From Kudoa neothunni (lineage: Eukaryota > Animalia > Cnidaria): a DNA stretch of 64,000 nucleotides. The stretch is from NCBI GenBank assembly GCA_964304625.1, contig OZ199840.1, positions 10,487,220 through 10,551,219 on the forward strand, given 5' to 3'. The notes under the pieces are model-generated. The model was given only the letters and a program-made list of their open reading frames with translations. It had not been told where the DNA came from and did not search any database. The position numbers and the translations under genes were made by a program. This document shows, in pieces, positions 1 to 13,696 of this stretch (its first letter is position 1; each line of letters begins with the position of its first letter).

Positions 1-810
1 TATTAAGTAGGTTTTCTTTCACTTTTTCGTACGTTAGAAGTGTAATGATAGAGAAAAATTAAATCTTTATTAAATTTTGACTGAATCTAAATTTGCATTA
101 AGCTCTCTAGTTGTTATTTTTCAGGAGCGAAATTTATCTAATAATACGAAATATTAGATAATTCTATGTAAATCTGAAAATATTTCAACTTAATTATTAT
201 AATAATTCATGGAATTTTATAATATAAAATGTATACATATTATGTGCAGCTTGACGATTTTTCTTAAAATTAATTTAATCTTTAATACCACTTCTTTATA
301 TAATAAGACAAATTGTGATTTTTATATTTCAAATAAACTCCCAAGCTTTTTTCATTGTAAAAGTAATACCAAGTTTTTTGGGGAATTAGATCCATTTCGA
401 AAGTGGGACAGGGTATTTTTCCCTGTACAATAAAGAAATAATCCGAAAATAAGCACTAAAAAACAATATGAAATCGAAAAATATTGTTGACGAAACACAA
501 TATTATTAAAATAAGTTTCATAGTTTAATTGTTGTATTATTGATATGTAGATTTAAATGTTTTTTTGCATGCGAATATGACTTCTGAGAATCAATAAATT
601 ATCAAAATAAATCATCTCTGTGTAATCATTTGTTCACAATATTAAATAATGTAGGGTGAGATTAACGTCGAAACCCAATAATTGCATTTTTATTGTTGTA
701 TTATCGTAGTTAATAAAAAATATTCAAATTAAGTAACATAAAATTAAAATCTAAGGGATTAAGAGTTTATGTGTTGTTTGTAATTTGTTTAATTAAATGT
801 TTTTATTTAG

Positions 811-1413
811 GAAGAATATGTCGAATACTCGAAAACTGGTCAGCTGATTAAAGGCCAAGAAAAAGCCTCTATCAAGTCAAAATACGAAGAGGACATATTC
901 CACAATAATCACACTGTTAGTTGTTGTTTTTTATTAAGTGTTCAGATCATCGGCGCATATTTAGAGTGTGTGGGGCTCCTACTGGAACAACTTTCAATGG
1001 GGATATGCATGTTGTCATAGTTTTCTAAAAAATAGTTATTGTGTGGGACTAAAAAAGGCCAATTCCGCATCTTTTTTCAAAGTAGCAGTTAGTTATCTAT
1101 GTTTTGTAGAATATGTGATTTCTATTCTTATTATTAGCTGCCAAAACTTGGTGAAAATGATTCCTCTTTTTCTTCTAACAAACGGCCAATCAATGATGTG
1201 CTATACAAATCAGATAGTCACATTTCATCTGGTGAAGCTAAAGCGGAGAGAAGCGAAGATGGAAAATTCATGCCAGAAATGACAATGAAAAAGTCTAAAA
1301 ACTCCAAATACAACTCCATTTATAATGAAGCCACACCGACTGAACAAGAAATGGAATCCTACTACAAAAATCGATCCAGAACAAACGATCCTCTTGAAAA
1401 CTTTAAAGATTAA
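811..1413 (+). CDS. SLU7: Pre-mRNA splicing factor SLU7, 3' exons only (811-915, 965-1081, 1138-1413); 5' part lies outside the window
   Basis: Spliced translation [35 protein letters not shown]|[28 protein letters not shown]...[28 protein letters not shown] matches the SLU7 C-terminus; GT-AG introns 916-964 and 1082-1137 keep frame. Confidence 0.93.
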
Positions 1414-1619
1414 TTATTTTTAAACTGCTGTTCTTTTATGTAAAATATTTATCTCCATCCAATTAAATGTATTTTTTACATTCTTTTACAGCATATTAAT
1501 TATATTATGTGGTATTTATTAATGAGTTAAAATTCGTTGAATTTATTGAGTTTTTGAGATATTCTAATTTTGTAGGCTAATTGGTATCAATAGTTTTTTT
1601 CAAGATAATGTGTAAGTTA

Positions 1620-1691
1620 TTAACCCTCTAATGGACCGTAAATCAACCACACTCCTCCAGTGGACTGTGGACTCTGGGGTTGAAAACTAAC
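1620..1691. mobile_element. Isolated piggyBac-like MITE terminus
   Basis: TTAA followed by CCCTCTAATG, identical to the left end of the element at 52503, then a subterminal TGGGGT-A-rich motif; no partner end found. Confidence 0.5.
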
Positions 1692-2282
1692 TCAGATTTT
1701 TATTTTGTCACTTGTTTCAAAAAAATACCGAAAGAAGAAATATTGAAAATTTAGGTGGATGTAAAAAAAGAATAAAGAGTTATAGCGCAAATAAATTCGT
1801 CGACAATCATACGAATATCACTTTCGTCAACAACCGTCGTATTAGTTTTTAATCTTGATTTCGATTTCCTATGTGTTGTTCTAATTATAGCTTTTAAAAT
1901 AAAAATATTAATATACATAATTCGTTAACCTATTTTTTGTGCAATAATTAAACCGCGTTTAATGCAAACAAGATTCACAAACATTTATCAGGTGGTTCTA
2001 ACATCAAAATTCATTGCAAATTGCGCGCACAGCGTTGATTTTTAAACCATTTTCTTGGAATAAAGACTAAAGCCGATTAGATAATATCTCACGACTTGAT
2101 TTAGGTTCTCGATTAATATCAATTCTGAGTGCTAAATATTTCAAAGTCGTCTAAGGATTAGTAAAAATAACTGAATATTTGAAAAGCATAATATAACAAT
2201 TAATTAATTAATAATTTTTGTTTTTTTTTCAATACTCTCTCAATTTAAGTGCTCCACAATGATACTACATAAACCTAAGAGG

Positions 2283-2330
2283 CTTACTGTTTACTGTTTA
2301 CTGCTGACTGCTTACTGCTTACTGCTTATT
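2283..2330. repeat. 7-bp tandem repeat (YTTACTG), about 7 copies
   Basis: cttactg tttactg tttactg ctgactg cttactg cttactg cttattg. Confidence 0.85.
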
Positions 2331-2751
2331 GTCGTAAAGTTTAATACTCTTCAAGGGTATTCAGCTCGAGTGATTATAATTATCTTTAATTTGATAAGAA
2401 TTTAAATTTTTTCATTTTATCAGTTCGATGACGCAAGAAATTCTTCGTTATCTTATTATGTCGAATACATTTAAAATATTTTCTTTATAATTAATTATAA
2501 TTATTGGTATTTTTCGTTGCGAAGTATTATTTTTGGTGATATCTGTCAAATATTCTCCAGTAATTTTGTTAAATATATTAAAAAATATTCATCTACATAC
2601 TAATATCTATATGTAATTAAACTAATTGATAAATTACAAAAATCTCGAGTTGTTCTCTATTTTTAATGCATAATAATCACGAATAATTAAATATAAAACG
2701 ATTAGGAGAAATCTATTAGATTAAAGCAGGAATTTTGCGACTAGACTACCA

Positions 2752-5700
2752 ATGTTAAAATTACTAGCCCTACCATTCTACATATTTATATTGAAATATG
2801 GGTTTTCAGTGGGAAACAACAATTTCCTTTTACAAGATTTGGAATGGACTAATGATATGGTTGCTGGTAATCAGATAACTGGGACTTCTCTGTTTGGGTT
2901 TTCTGTAGCGGTTGCTGGAGATTAGTAAATTCGCTGGTTATTTAAACTGAGCCGTGATTTTATTCGTTGTTTAGCATTTTTATCTCAGCCCCGCTGGCCA
3001 ATACTGGGGCGGATGATCGTGAATATACCAGCGGGATGGTGTACAAATGCGATTTCACCTACTCTCAACCACCAACAAATTGTGAAGCTATCACTAAATT
3101 AAGTAGACTTCATTTCTTTTAACCCACCAGTGAGACCGATGTGTAGAGAGTTATACAACCGAAAAACCTTACCATATTCTGATTGGTTATTCAGTGTCAA
3201 CCTATCTAGACGGTCGAATTTATGTAAATGATATTTTTAGTTTATTAAATATTAATAAGACAAAACTAAAAATAGATTTGTGCTCCAAATTCTTATATAG
3301 CAACTGATAGTGGGTTGGAAACAAATTGTATGTTCTATGATCTTGTTAGGGATGATCTTGAACCAGAGGATATTAATGATGGTATTTTGGAGCGAAGAAT
3401 CAAAATCTCACCTAATTTTTCATTAGAATATCCACAAGATATTGGCTTAAACGTTTATCATGACGTAGATAGTGAATGTATCGTTGTTGGAGGGTGAATT
3501 TGTTAGATTCATAAGAGTATAATTTAGATTATTATTTTTAGATCAAAAACCCATTCCAACTTTAAGTACAAGGTCTCATGCTCTGTCGACAGACGTATTA
3601 TCACCACAATCTTTGAGAATACAAGAGCAGTTGCTATCATTCCTTGTATGGGATTATATGTTGAATGGGAAAGATATTTGGTTTTTATTTGTTAAGATAA
3701 CACTGGACTGATAGTTTTCAGAGAAGTACAATCCAGTAACTAAATTATACCATACATTTTTAATCTATCCTAATCTATTAAGTTTATGTGGCTTATGTGC
3801 TGCCAATGAACTCTAAAGAAGTTTCGATAGTATTTGCTTGAGTTTGACACTTTTCAATAAAAGATTTTCGATTGTTTAGTATATTGACAGGTATGACGAT
3901 ATGTATTTGACTAGTAGGCTTGAGCATGCTGAAACAATCTCAATCGACTCCAAATATAACGTATTTTAATATTTATTTAAATTGAAACTGTTTCGAGATA
4001 GATAAGTGATAGTTTGGGTAATCAAATCATAAAATACACACCTGATAGGTATTTAGAAATAATTTTCGCAATAGTTTAATTTACATTTAATAATTTGTTT
4101 GTAACTGTTATAGAAAGGAAGTGATTTTAATAATGGGAGCCCCTCTTTGGAACCTTGCTAAAGGGTCTGTTATTGTGCTCAAACTTAAGACGAGATATAT
4201 TTCTGGGTATATCTTTGGTCGAAATCAAGGAGATATGTTTGGGTATTCGATCTGTGTACTAGAAGATACTAATGATCAAAGTAACTCGCATACATAATGT
4301 TATCACATAAACGCCTTCAATTAGAGTTAGCAGTGTTGGCTCCTCATGGTGGAGTCGGTAGAGCAGGGACAATAACCATCGTAGTTCTTGATCAAAATGG
4401 TGGGGATAGAGATAATGTAATCTGTGAGATTATGTAGCTAATAATCAAATTTTTGTTCAGGCGATAACTTTTGAATTAAACCAACACATAGCAGATCTGG
4501 GCGATAATAGATTCGTATATAAAATACACCCTGATGTTTATGTGAAAAGCATTAGTAATGGAGGTAATATAAATACCAAAAAAATCTTATTTTTAGCGAT
4601 TAAATTAAGGAATTACTCGGTCATGTGGATTTCTCCTAGCTGTCAATTCAAACCCGGGGAATTTATATAGATTTACGTATTCTTTTTAATAAAAGATATA
4701 TTGCAATATTATAGTTATCAATTTCAAGGCTTCACTCTATTAGTGAGACTGTTCCAACACCAACTCATCCCTATATACTGAATATAAATGATTTGGTTGA
4801 CTATCAAATTGACTCAGAACATTTGATGTAAACTATCATCATCCTTTGTCTAACTAACATATTATAAATAAAATTAAAACTTATATATACATATATATAC
4901 AGCTTTGGAATCAAACCAAAATTAACAGTTACCATTAAAAACAGCCTTGAAGTTGAAAACTTTTTCAAAGAGTCAAGTAAAATATGTATTATTCAAGATT
5001 TTTAGTGATATAATTTTAATTTATTTAGGAAATAAATGGAGTTTAGAGTTGGAACCTGCTAGTCTGCATGAATTTATAAAATTTAATGATGGCGAGCTGG
5101 GACGTTTGTTCATCGAACCAATGCTTTATAAGAACAGCGCAGATGATGATTCTATATATGAAATTATTTCCCCTCTAAAAATATATATGAAAAAAAATTT
5201 TGATGTATCAACCATGGACAGATTCGATATAATTTTAAAATGTGGACCTCTGGGATATCGATCCAGCGCGGGTTATTTTATAAATATTCAAAATAATACA
5301 GTTAGTGAACGACTTAACATTGAATTGGATATCCCTTTGACTTCTCTTGCCACCGAAGTTGAAACTATTAGACCCGGAAAAATGAATGCCTCTTTAGTTG
5401 AGCATTACCAGTACTTCTTAGTATCGCTTCTCTGTAGTAATATAACTTAGCTATGTTGATGAGAATTCTCGTACCCATTTGTACGAATCAGTTAATCTTG
5501 TTGTGGACGGAAATGTGAAAACATTTATCGACTCGCGTATAATTCTAAAATTACCTCTTGAAAAGGAACTATTGGGCTGTTTTTCAAACGTTAGCGGGGT
5601 GTGTTATTGGATACTTGACTACTCACTCAAATTTATTAATTCATTATTACTAATGGTAATATTTAGATTTACACTGATGTTAAAACTGAGGAAACAGAGT

Positions 5701-6930
5701 CAGAAAAAATAGTTAAAATCAATATTGGAGTCCTACCTTATGGTGGAGTAGTTTTTAATTTGATGTATTGGTTTGATTTATTTTTTATAACATAGATGAA
5801 ATTTTCGCTGAGGTTTGCCCAGGAATTCAAAAATAGCGATAGTTATTTGCATGCTTCATATGAATGGAAACTTAAAGCTGATTTGTATAGTTCTCGATTA
5901 GGAAGTTTATTTTTATTAACACCTAAAGGGTGGATAAAAATGAAGCTGTCTTCTACACAGACACTCGACAAATTGTACACATCCCTGGATCAGTTCAATA
6001 TAGCATTCATGGGTATACTTTAATATTATATTTTGTATAAATCATTTTTAATTCGAATATATAAATTGACGATACATTTTTTAGACTTACCAGTAAAATG
6101 TTCTACACACATCCAAACACATGGAGTGACGAATATTTCACCAATACAATATTGGTTCATATTTCTTCTTATTATAACCTTATGTTATGTTGTCGTTCAC
6201 TATGTGTAGGTTCGCGTGGATGGTTGGTATCACAATTTTCCAATTACGGTAAAAATTACGAGAATCGATATAAAAAACGCGGATAATATCAAAATCCTAA
6301 AAATCGGTGTATTAATCTGATTCTAAAGTAAAAAAATTAATTTTATATTTCCTTAGTGCCAGGTTGCAGAATATTTCGATAGAGATGACGAAAAATTAGA
6401 ATGCGAAGACGACGATTATTGCCTTAATAACTTTTACTCAATGGAATGTATTAACAACCGAACCACACATGCCAGAAATAAATACATCGCTATACATTTT
6501 AAAACCAAGGCTTATATGGTAGATTCTAAGTTAATTATCATATAATTCGTTATTTTTTATTCATAACAGTCTTCTGATATATCGATTGGATTTTACGTCG
6601 ACTTGCACAGAATTCCAGGTGTAAAAATCAATGGGGATTCATTTCGAGTACATAGAATATCTATCCTTACATATGAGTTTTAGCAATGCTATTGAATCAA
6701 AATTATTATTTAGGTGGTTTCCACTATCTCTCCTCTAGCCACTAAATTAGAAGGCTGGAAAATTGGGCTTTGTGTAGGTTTACTGATAATATTTTACTCG
6801 GTTATTTTTGTCATTCTCTATAAGGTACACTAAATTTTATTTTTTTAATTAAATTTTTTCATATTAGACTAATGTGTTGAAAAAACTATCGATTAAATTG
6901 GAAAAATCTACACGAAAAAAGGACATTTAG
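2752..6930 (+). CDS. Integrin alpha subunit (multi-exon, divergent)
   Basis: Signal peptide MLKLLALPFYIFILKYGFS; FG-GAP repeats SLFGFSVAV..IFISAPLA..SGMVYKC, ILIGYSVS..IYICAPN, LIMGAPLW..GDMFGYSIC, ELAVLAPHG; C-terminal TM WKIGLCVGLLIIFYSVIFVILYK with a 20-aa tail ending in TAG at 6928-6930. Confidence 0.85.
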
Positions 6931-8591
6931 CTTCTCTTATTCCACAGTATTAATTGCATTCGTCAATTATACAACACAGTCCCCTTAACCACATACAATG
7001 AATGAGGTGTTCATTATACTATTTTTAGATGGATAAATCAAGCCTTTTAAATTAATTTGATTTATTCTTAGTTACATTATTATAGATTGTTATTGTTTTT
7101 TCTTCGCATTAAAAGTAATTAAACCTTATATATTACTAATTCAAATATTTCAAAATATAACATGGTACCTAATCTATCCCGTATTATTATTATAATTATT
7201 AATAATGTATGCAGATTTTATCTTATTTATGTTACAAATTTTTTATAATCTGTACATATAAAATTGTTCGTATGGTTGTGTGTGTATCCACAATTATGCA
7301 TGGGATGGGGAAATTTTTTTTAAACCAGCATATAGCGTACGTATGAAACGATTATTACATTAAATAAATTCGATTATTTATTTAAAATATTCACTATTTT
7401 AATCAGAAAGAAAGAATGTCCTTTTGCTATACTTAATAAAAGCTTAAACATTATTTGTTTATGTTGGATGCTTAAAATTTGTTCATTTCAGTGTAACAGT
7501 CGATTAAAATCAAATTTTGCTCTCCATGTGAAAAACTAACTATTCATTAAAGTATATAATTTTTTAATAACTTTACGTATACGTTAGAAGTAATGTTAGA
7601 ACAGATGAAGTTATTAATATCGTATTTACAAGAGATTTCATTTCTTACTTGAAAATTGTCACATATTCCAATATTTTTAAGTTAGATTTACATTCAAAAT
7701 ATTATTAATCTATTTTATGAAAAAAAATATGAAAATTTTAAATAAAACATAAGTTAAGATTATAAATTTTTGGCGTAACGGAATAATTTTGTGGATCTCT
7801 ACTCAGACTAAGAATAATGTAAGATGTTTGTAAGATTATAAAGTAATTAATTTTTTTATATTTTCTTAAACAAAAATTACATTTTTCATAATGCCAGAAA
7901 TTGAAAAACAATTTTCTACCATGTTACGCTAATAATATTAAATTATATGCGTTTTTCAAAATAATATTTAGATTCTTTAATTTTATATTATAAAAAATAT
8001 TTTACTCTTCGTTTGGAAAATATAAAACAAACGTAGAACCACAGGAAACATATGTAATTAATCCCACAATTTTATAATGCGCGTGCACACTGGTCGAAAT
8101 TTAATTAAACTTAATTTTTAATATCTGATAGGAGAATTTTAGGTATCCATTTTTTGGAATTATCAACATTCGAGTGTATATTATTTTCTCCACATTACTC
8201 AATTAACATTTTACAGGTGGGTTTTTATTTTAAATGCTTTACTAACAGGATAATTTCACTTTGAACGTTTATTCCGACAACTATTATTAAATCTAAAATA
8301 TGAATTTATAAAAATGAGATTAAATTTTTTATTTTTCGAATTTATTTTTTACCACAAGAATATAATTCAATAATTACAAAAATTTTACTAAACTGTTAAT
8401 AAATAATAAAAAATTGTCGTCATTATTACAAATATTGTTTATTAAATCAATTATTTCCTTCATTTCATTAGCTGCAATAAAATAAACTTCATGCGCTAGG
8501 ATAAATAAATTATCGCTCAATTGAAATTAAAAGATTGTGCAAATATTTCAAATACTATATTCTATCTCTAATGAAATTAAAAACAGCTACA

Positions 8592-9483
8592 CTACTCCTG
8601 TAACGAAAGCAGTGTAAAACTTTCCACATCTAAAACCACGACAGGAGCATAAGGGTTGTTGTCCAAAAATTTTTTCGTTGATTTTTCAACAACTATTCTC
8701 TTTTTGAATAATAGAGGACAATACAAAACCAAAGACTCATATTCACCACCTTCACCACACATGTTCATTCCATAGGATTGTTTTAGTTGATTAAATTGTG
8801 ATATCATAGATTTTGAAATCGCGTCTCCAACGAAACTGTCGTCCAAGCCAGCTGAAGCAACTTTCACAATAATAGCTTCAATTCCTGAGTTGACGATATC
8901 ATTTATTAAACTGGCATCATTTTGCTGCCACATAGGTGCCAAAACAGTCAAATTCAAACGTCTTGCAATATGACCAATACGATTATATTGGTAGGTTGAG
9001 GCAATAGCACCACAACAAAGAGCATTTATCTTGAGGTCTGGTCTATCGACCAATATTTGAGACAGGAGTTGGTACAGATCTTCCACTTCGTCATTCCCAT
9101 CAACTGATTCGGTGTAATCCAAAGATGAGCATATTGCTTTACCGTTGGTGAAGCCGCGAAATAGCGGTACTCCAGTAGCTTCTTCATATGCGGGAACCAC
9201 ATTGTAACCAACAGTTTGGAAGCATTGACTATCCATATCGTCTAAATTCAATAGGTTAAAAATTGTAATATAAAGTCGACGAAAATTATTTAAGAGACTA
9301 ATAATAAAATTCATAAAAATGTATCTGTTTAAAATTACACGTATCTTGACGTGGAGCTAAATTTACAAGGGCTACAATGTTGTGGCCTTGTTTTTTGGTC
9401 AATAACGCCGAGTAAAAACTGTCTTTGCCGCCTGATATTAACGCGCACACATTTAACGGCTCTACTCTTGCGTCTTCACTCAT
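8592..9483 (-). CDS. DPH6: Diphthine-ammonia ligase (2 exons: 9483-9339, 9241-8592; 264 aa)
   Basis: ALISGGKDS PP-loop, DMDSQCFQTVG, GAIASTYQYNR, IVKVASAGL, CGEGGEYESLVL; one 97-nt GT-AG intron joins the two ORFs in frame. Confidence 0.95.
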
Positions 9484-9553
9484 CTATGTCTCTTATTTAA
9501 AAATTAATTCAAAAATGCAGTAAAGTCCATGCGAATTTATTAAGGTAAATATG

Positions 9554-9563
9554 TGCGTGCGCA
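9554..9563. promoter_or_regulatory. Recurrent GC-rich motif TGCGTGCGCA about 70 bp upstream of DPH6
   Basis: Exact copies also at 13687, 17015 and 57991; near copy at 52056; function inferred from position only. Confidence 0.45.
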
Positions 9564-10315
9564 CTGTTAAATTCACATGTAATCAATTGAAAAGGGAATC
9601 CAATAAACACTAATGGAAAATAATAAAAATAAAATTGTATTGTATTGTATTAACAAATAATACTATATTATGAAATATATATATATATATATAAGACACA
9701 ATTCAAATTAACTTTTGATATTTTATTTATACGTTCTTTTTTTCAGACCTAATTTATTATTAGAAAACTAGATATGTTGTTACTTCTGTTATGTAATTTT
9801 TAATTTTCATTGTATTGCTGTGTTTTAAATGATTTTTTCCTTTAAATTTAATAATATAAGAAGTAGATTTTCATAATTACAAAGTTACGTAAAATAATTC
9901 TATTAAAATTAAAAATTTTACGGAGGAAATACATACATCCTTCTAGCGACAAGCTTATAGTAACGAAAAGTAGATATGAAATTAGATAAGTTATTTTGGG
10001 AATAGACTCGGTAATCCGCAGTGAAGTTCTATAGTAAGCGAAGTTTCATCATTTACTCAATTAAATATTACATTATAAATCTTTGAATCAACAATTATGC
10101 GAGAAAAATAAATTTACCCACAACATGTGTCTTCCTTAAAACCGAAAAATATTGTTGTCTCTAAAAGCACAAAAATCATTAAAATTATCCGATAATAATT
10201 TTTGAAAATGAATTGTTTTTATGACATTCCAAGTATTGTAAATTTTTAGTGGAATTCCAAAATTTACGGATGGTTTAGATTTGTCTATCGAAAATTAGAC
10301 TCAAATTAGTTGGAC

Positions 10316-10392
10316 TTGGGGACCACGCGGACCCCAAGCCGTACAGGAAGTACAGGAAGTACAGGAAGTACCGGAAGTACATGAAGGGTTAA
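10316..10392. mobile_element. piggyBac-like terminus with 9-bp tandem repeat
   Basis: TTGGGGACC..GGACCCCAA subterminal hairpin, about 4 copies of GTACAGGAA, then GAAGGG-TTAA; partner end not found. Confidence 0.45.
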
Positions 10393-11110
10393 ACAGTATA
10401 GTTAGCTCTAAAAATAGTTCACCTAAAATAACTTGAAATTTTAAAATTTCGTTAGTTTCTTAAGCTCATTATATCGTAGACCAAAAATAAACGTACAACA
10501 TCCAAAAAAACTCCCATAAATTAGTTCATTTTATAAAGGAAGGAATAGACACAGCTGGTCATATTTTTGTTAATTATTTAACCTATCGAACAACGGAAAG
10601 ACTTCTTGAAATCGTTGTGTTTATGCAACTTAAGAAGATTAATTCAATAAAAAATAATTATATATTTATTTAGAGTGCTTATAGAAGCGATAAATATAAA
10701 TTAAATGCAATAATCTCACCTGATTTCCAAAAAAACGGTGTTATCACTGTGTTAGTCATATGATAGAAAAACGATAACTACCTTGTTTAATTGCTTAAAT
10801 TGGTTCTGTAAATAACGTTCCAACATTATATGAAATAAATGTTGTGAACATTCATTATTTCCAATAGTATGTTACAAAATAAAGAAAATTTTACCGACTG
10901 TCTTAAAAACATTTTATAAATAAAAATACCCCAATTTAACTTCTAGTATCAATTTACTTTATTAATGAGTAATAAGTTATTTAACAACTATAGCGGCAGT
11001 TAATTCTTTACAAGAGAAAAATCAAACGGTTGAAATATATTAATTTCACGCATAATACACTATATCATAAACAATCGGAAATACAAACTAATTACAACCT
11101 ATATAAAAAA

Positions 11111-13672
11111 TCAGGATATCTCCAAATCGATGTGTCTAATTTCAGGAAATTGTTCCTAAAAGAATTAAATTTTATAAAAGTAAACTCAACTTAAGATCAA
11201 CCTTAATATTGTTCTCAATTCTGTCAACTTCACTACCAATAAGGTCGGTGAGCTGTTCGCCATTTAAAACCATGAAATCATGAAGTTGTTTTTCGTTATT
11301 TATTTTGGACACGTCCTAAAGGTTGATGAATGCGTGAGAAAACAGTTAATATATTTCAACTACGCGTAACATCAGCGGCATATCCACATTATGCAGATAG
11401 AGCTTGGTGAGTTCTCTTCCGTTGATGCTTATTTCTGCTTTGAATCGTACCTTTTCTTTTCCTATGATTGGAAATTAACACTTCATTTATTAGAAGCGCA
11501 ATTTAACCACCATAATAAGTAGCTTTGTAGTCATTTACCGAGAGGATCTAAAGAGAATATTAAATAATTTTCACATTTATCCGATATAAAAGTAATTCTC
11601 GACGTACAAGTTTATCATTTTCTAAAATTTCTATAATCTTCGATATAACCTCAAGAGGTATAGATCTATTAGAGAAGTTGGGTTATTTGGATCAATAATT
11701 TAACTATCTCAACAATACTGTCCGACTAAAGCTTCATAATTGTTACGAATTTGAAACAACGAAACCAATCCCATCAACGATCCAATGCTAATTCCTCCAA
11801 TAGCATCAGGGAATGAAGAGGAGAAAATATTGCACAATAGCAACGATAAATAAGCGATTCCAATTCCAACCACGGCAACACTGTCTTCTAGGAACAACGA
11901 GGTTGCTGTCGGATCTGAAGAATTTCTTACTATATAAATCACATCAGCTTTATCAGCTAATATTTGGCCATAATCCATCGAATATCATTCACCTACCATA
12001 TTTCAAAAATGTGGTGCGGTTTTTCTTAGCTTGTTTTTTTATCGACATAAATGACATTACTAGTGTCACTATAACAACTGTTATAGTTTGAAAAATTATA
12101 GAAAACGTACCAAGCTCGAAAATGCCCGATAACCCCATTAATAGAAGACCCTTTCAAGTTAATAAATTAAAATCAGCCAGTTATTATTGAATACAAGAAA
12201 CATATTTTCAAGAGAGTTGGTGTGAAACAGTGTTTGACAACTGTTATATATTGGAAATAGACAACCACAGAAAAATACGCAAATTCCACTGCAGAGTGAA
12301 AAGGCATATAACGCGCGCGAATATCCATACCTTGAAAAAATATTCAAGATAGGAATTATAAAAGCTCGGCTGTATGAAGTGAAAATATACGGATGTTTTT
12401 TAGAGGGTTTCTTCAATGATATTTGTACACCAATATATCTTAGTAGCTATTTTTGTTAATAGATAAAAATCAAATTTAAATGAATGAATGAATGAATGAA
12501 TAAATAAATAAATAAGTAGAAAAAGAAACATTCCACTCAGAATGGCTGTAATAAATTTCCTACCTGAGTGAATATATCCAATAATGAATGTATTGCTTCA
12601 GCTAGAATGGCATTCGATTTGGTGACATGCCAGGCAAACATTTTAGCAATCAATACAGCAATATTTCTGAGTTATGAGTAAAATGGATTGAAAAAATTGT
12701 AATTTTCAATAGTACCCTAATAGACTTATTTGTATGAGAAACGAATCATCAACCATTTTATTTTTAAACTTTGCGGGGTTTGACTTAGCCTAAGAGTATG
12801 GATAACCAAAATGAGACGCTATTAATCGAAAGAAAATAATGATTTCTTTTACAACTAGTTTTTCATGCTTCCCTCGATTGAGATATCTCACATAATTGAT
12901 AGCTTTAGTTAAATCTTAAGGGGGTGATAGAAAACTAGTTGAGATATAAAGAATTGGATGGGATACCGTAATGAAGTTGATCAATGTGATGCTCTTCAAA
13001 ATCAAATTGAGTTTTAGCTTTATTAAATGCTTCCAAAGACCCGTATTTTTCAATAGCTCTTCAAAAAACAACACATTCCCACTACTTGCTAATATTATCT
13101 CAAAGATCATACTTGTTCACAAGATCAGCCTTAGCGAAATAATCACTCACATTTGTTTCAACACTTCCATAGGCTGATCTCATTCGAAAACGTTTCAATG
13201 AGTCCATTTCCCTATAAAAAATACGAAAAATAGGTATCGAATGGGATTTTGATTTGGCATAGATCTAGAAAAAAAAATTCGCTAACTCGTTTGTTAAGAG
13301 AAAATCCTGTGATGCTCTTTCACGCGAAATATATGTGGTGTCCAATGGGCCCTTTTTGTAGGTGAAAGGCACCGAACTTTTATTGAAATAAGCGTGGCCT
13401 ATTGTAATGCTTGATAAATGAAATAATGTCCATAAATCTATTCTACCTATATTTCCAATATCTGTAGATTCATTTTTATTAGTATTATCTCCAGATTTGC
13501 TTGAGTTGTGTCGTCTATTTTGTAAATCAACAAAAGCCAATCTTAATTTATAAAAAAGTCTGTTTTTTAGGTCCTCCCCCTAAAATATGTAATATTATAT
13601 TCTCTAGTTTCATAATATCACCAATGGGGATGTATTATAAAATAGAGCTTTTTTAAAAACAATCGTAGTCAT
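11111..13672 (-). CDS. SLC30A9: Zinc transporter 9 (CDF family, multi-exon)
   Basis: YISRERASQDFLL; HPY|GYSRALYAFSLCSGICVFFCG; SSDPTATSLFLEDSVAVVG; DAIGGISIGSLMG; C-terminus EQFPEIRHIDLEIS*; start ATG at 13672 is tentative. Confidence 0.92.
12481..12515. repeat. (TGAA)n(TAAA)n microsatellite in an SLC30A9 intron
   Basis: tgaatgaatgaatgaatgaataaataaataaataa. Confidence 0.85.
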
Positions 13673-13686
13673 CCTTTCATTGACTT

Positions 13687-13696
13687 TGCGTGCGCA
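13687..13696. promoter_or_regulatory. TGCGTGCGCA motif immediately upstream of the predicted SLC30A9 start
   Basis: Exact decamer copy; its reverse complement contains TGCGCAC. Confidence 0.45.

Noticed and set aside
209-433. 74-aa ORF
   Set aside because: AT-rich, no recognisable motif; probably lies within the upstream SLU7 intron
3102-3146. Apparent in-frame stops in the integrin and other genes suggesting an alternative genetic code
   Set aside because: Those checked are removed by canonical short GT-AG introns; the standard code gives complete DPH6, RPL6 and transposase frames
10341-10381. GTACAGGAA tandem repeats as a CRISPR-like array
   Set aside because: 9-bp units with no spacers in a eukaryotic context; they adjoin a transposon-like end
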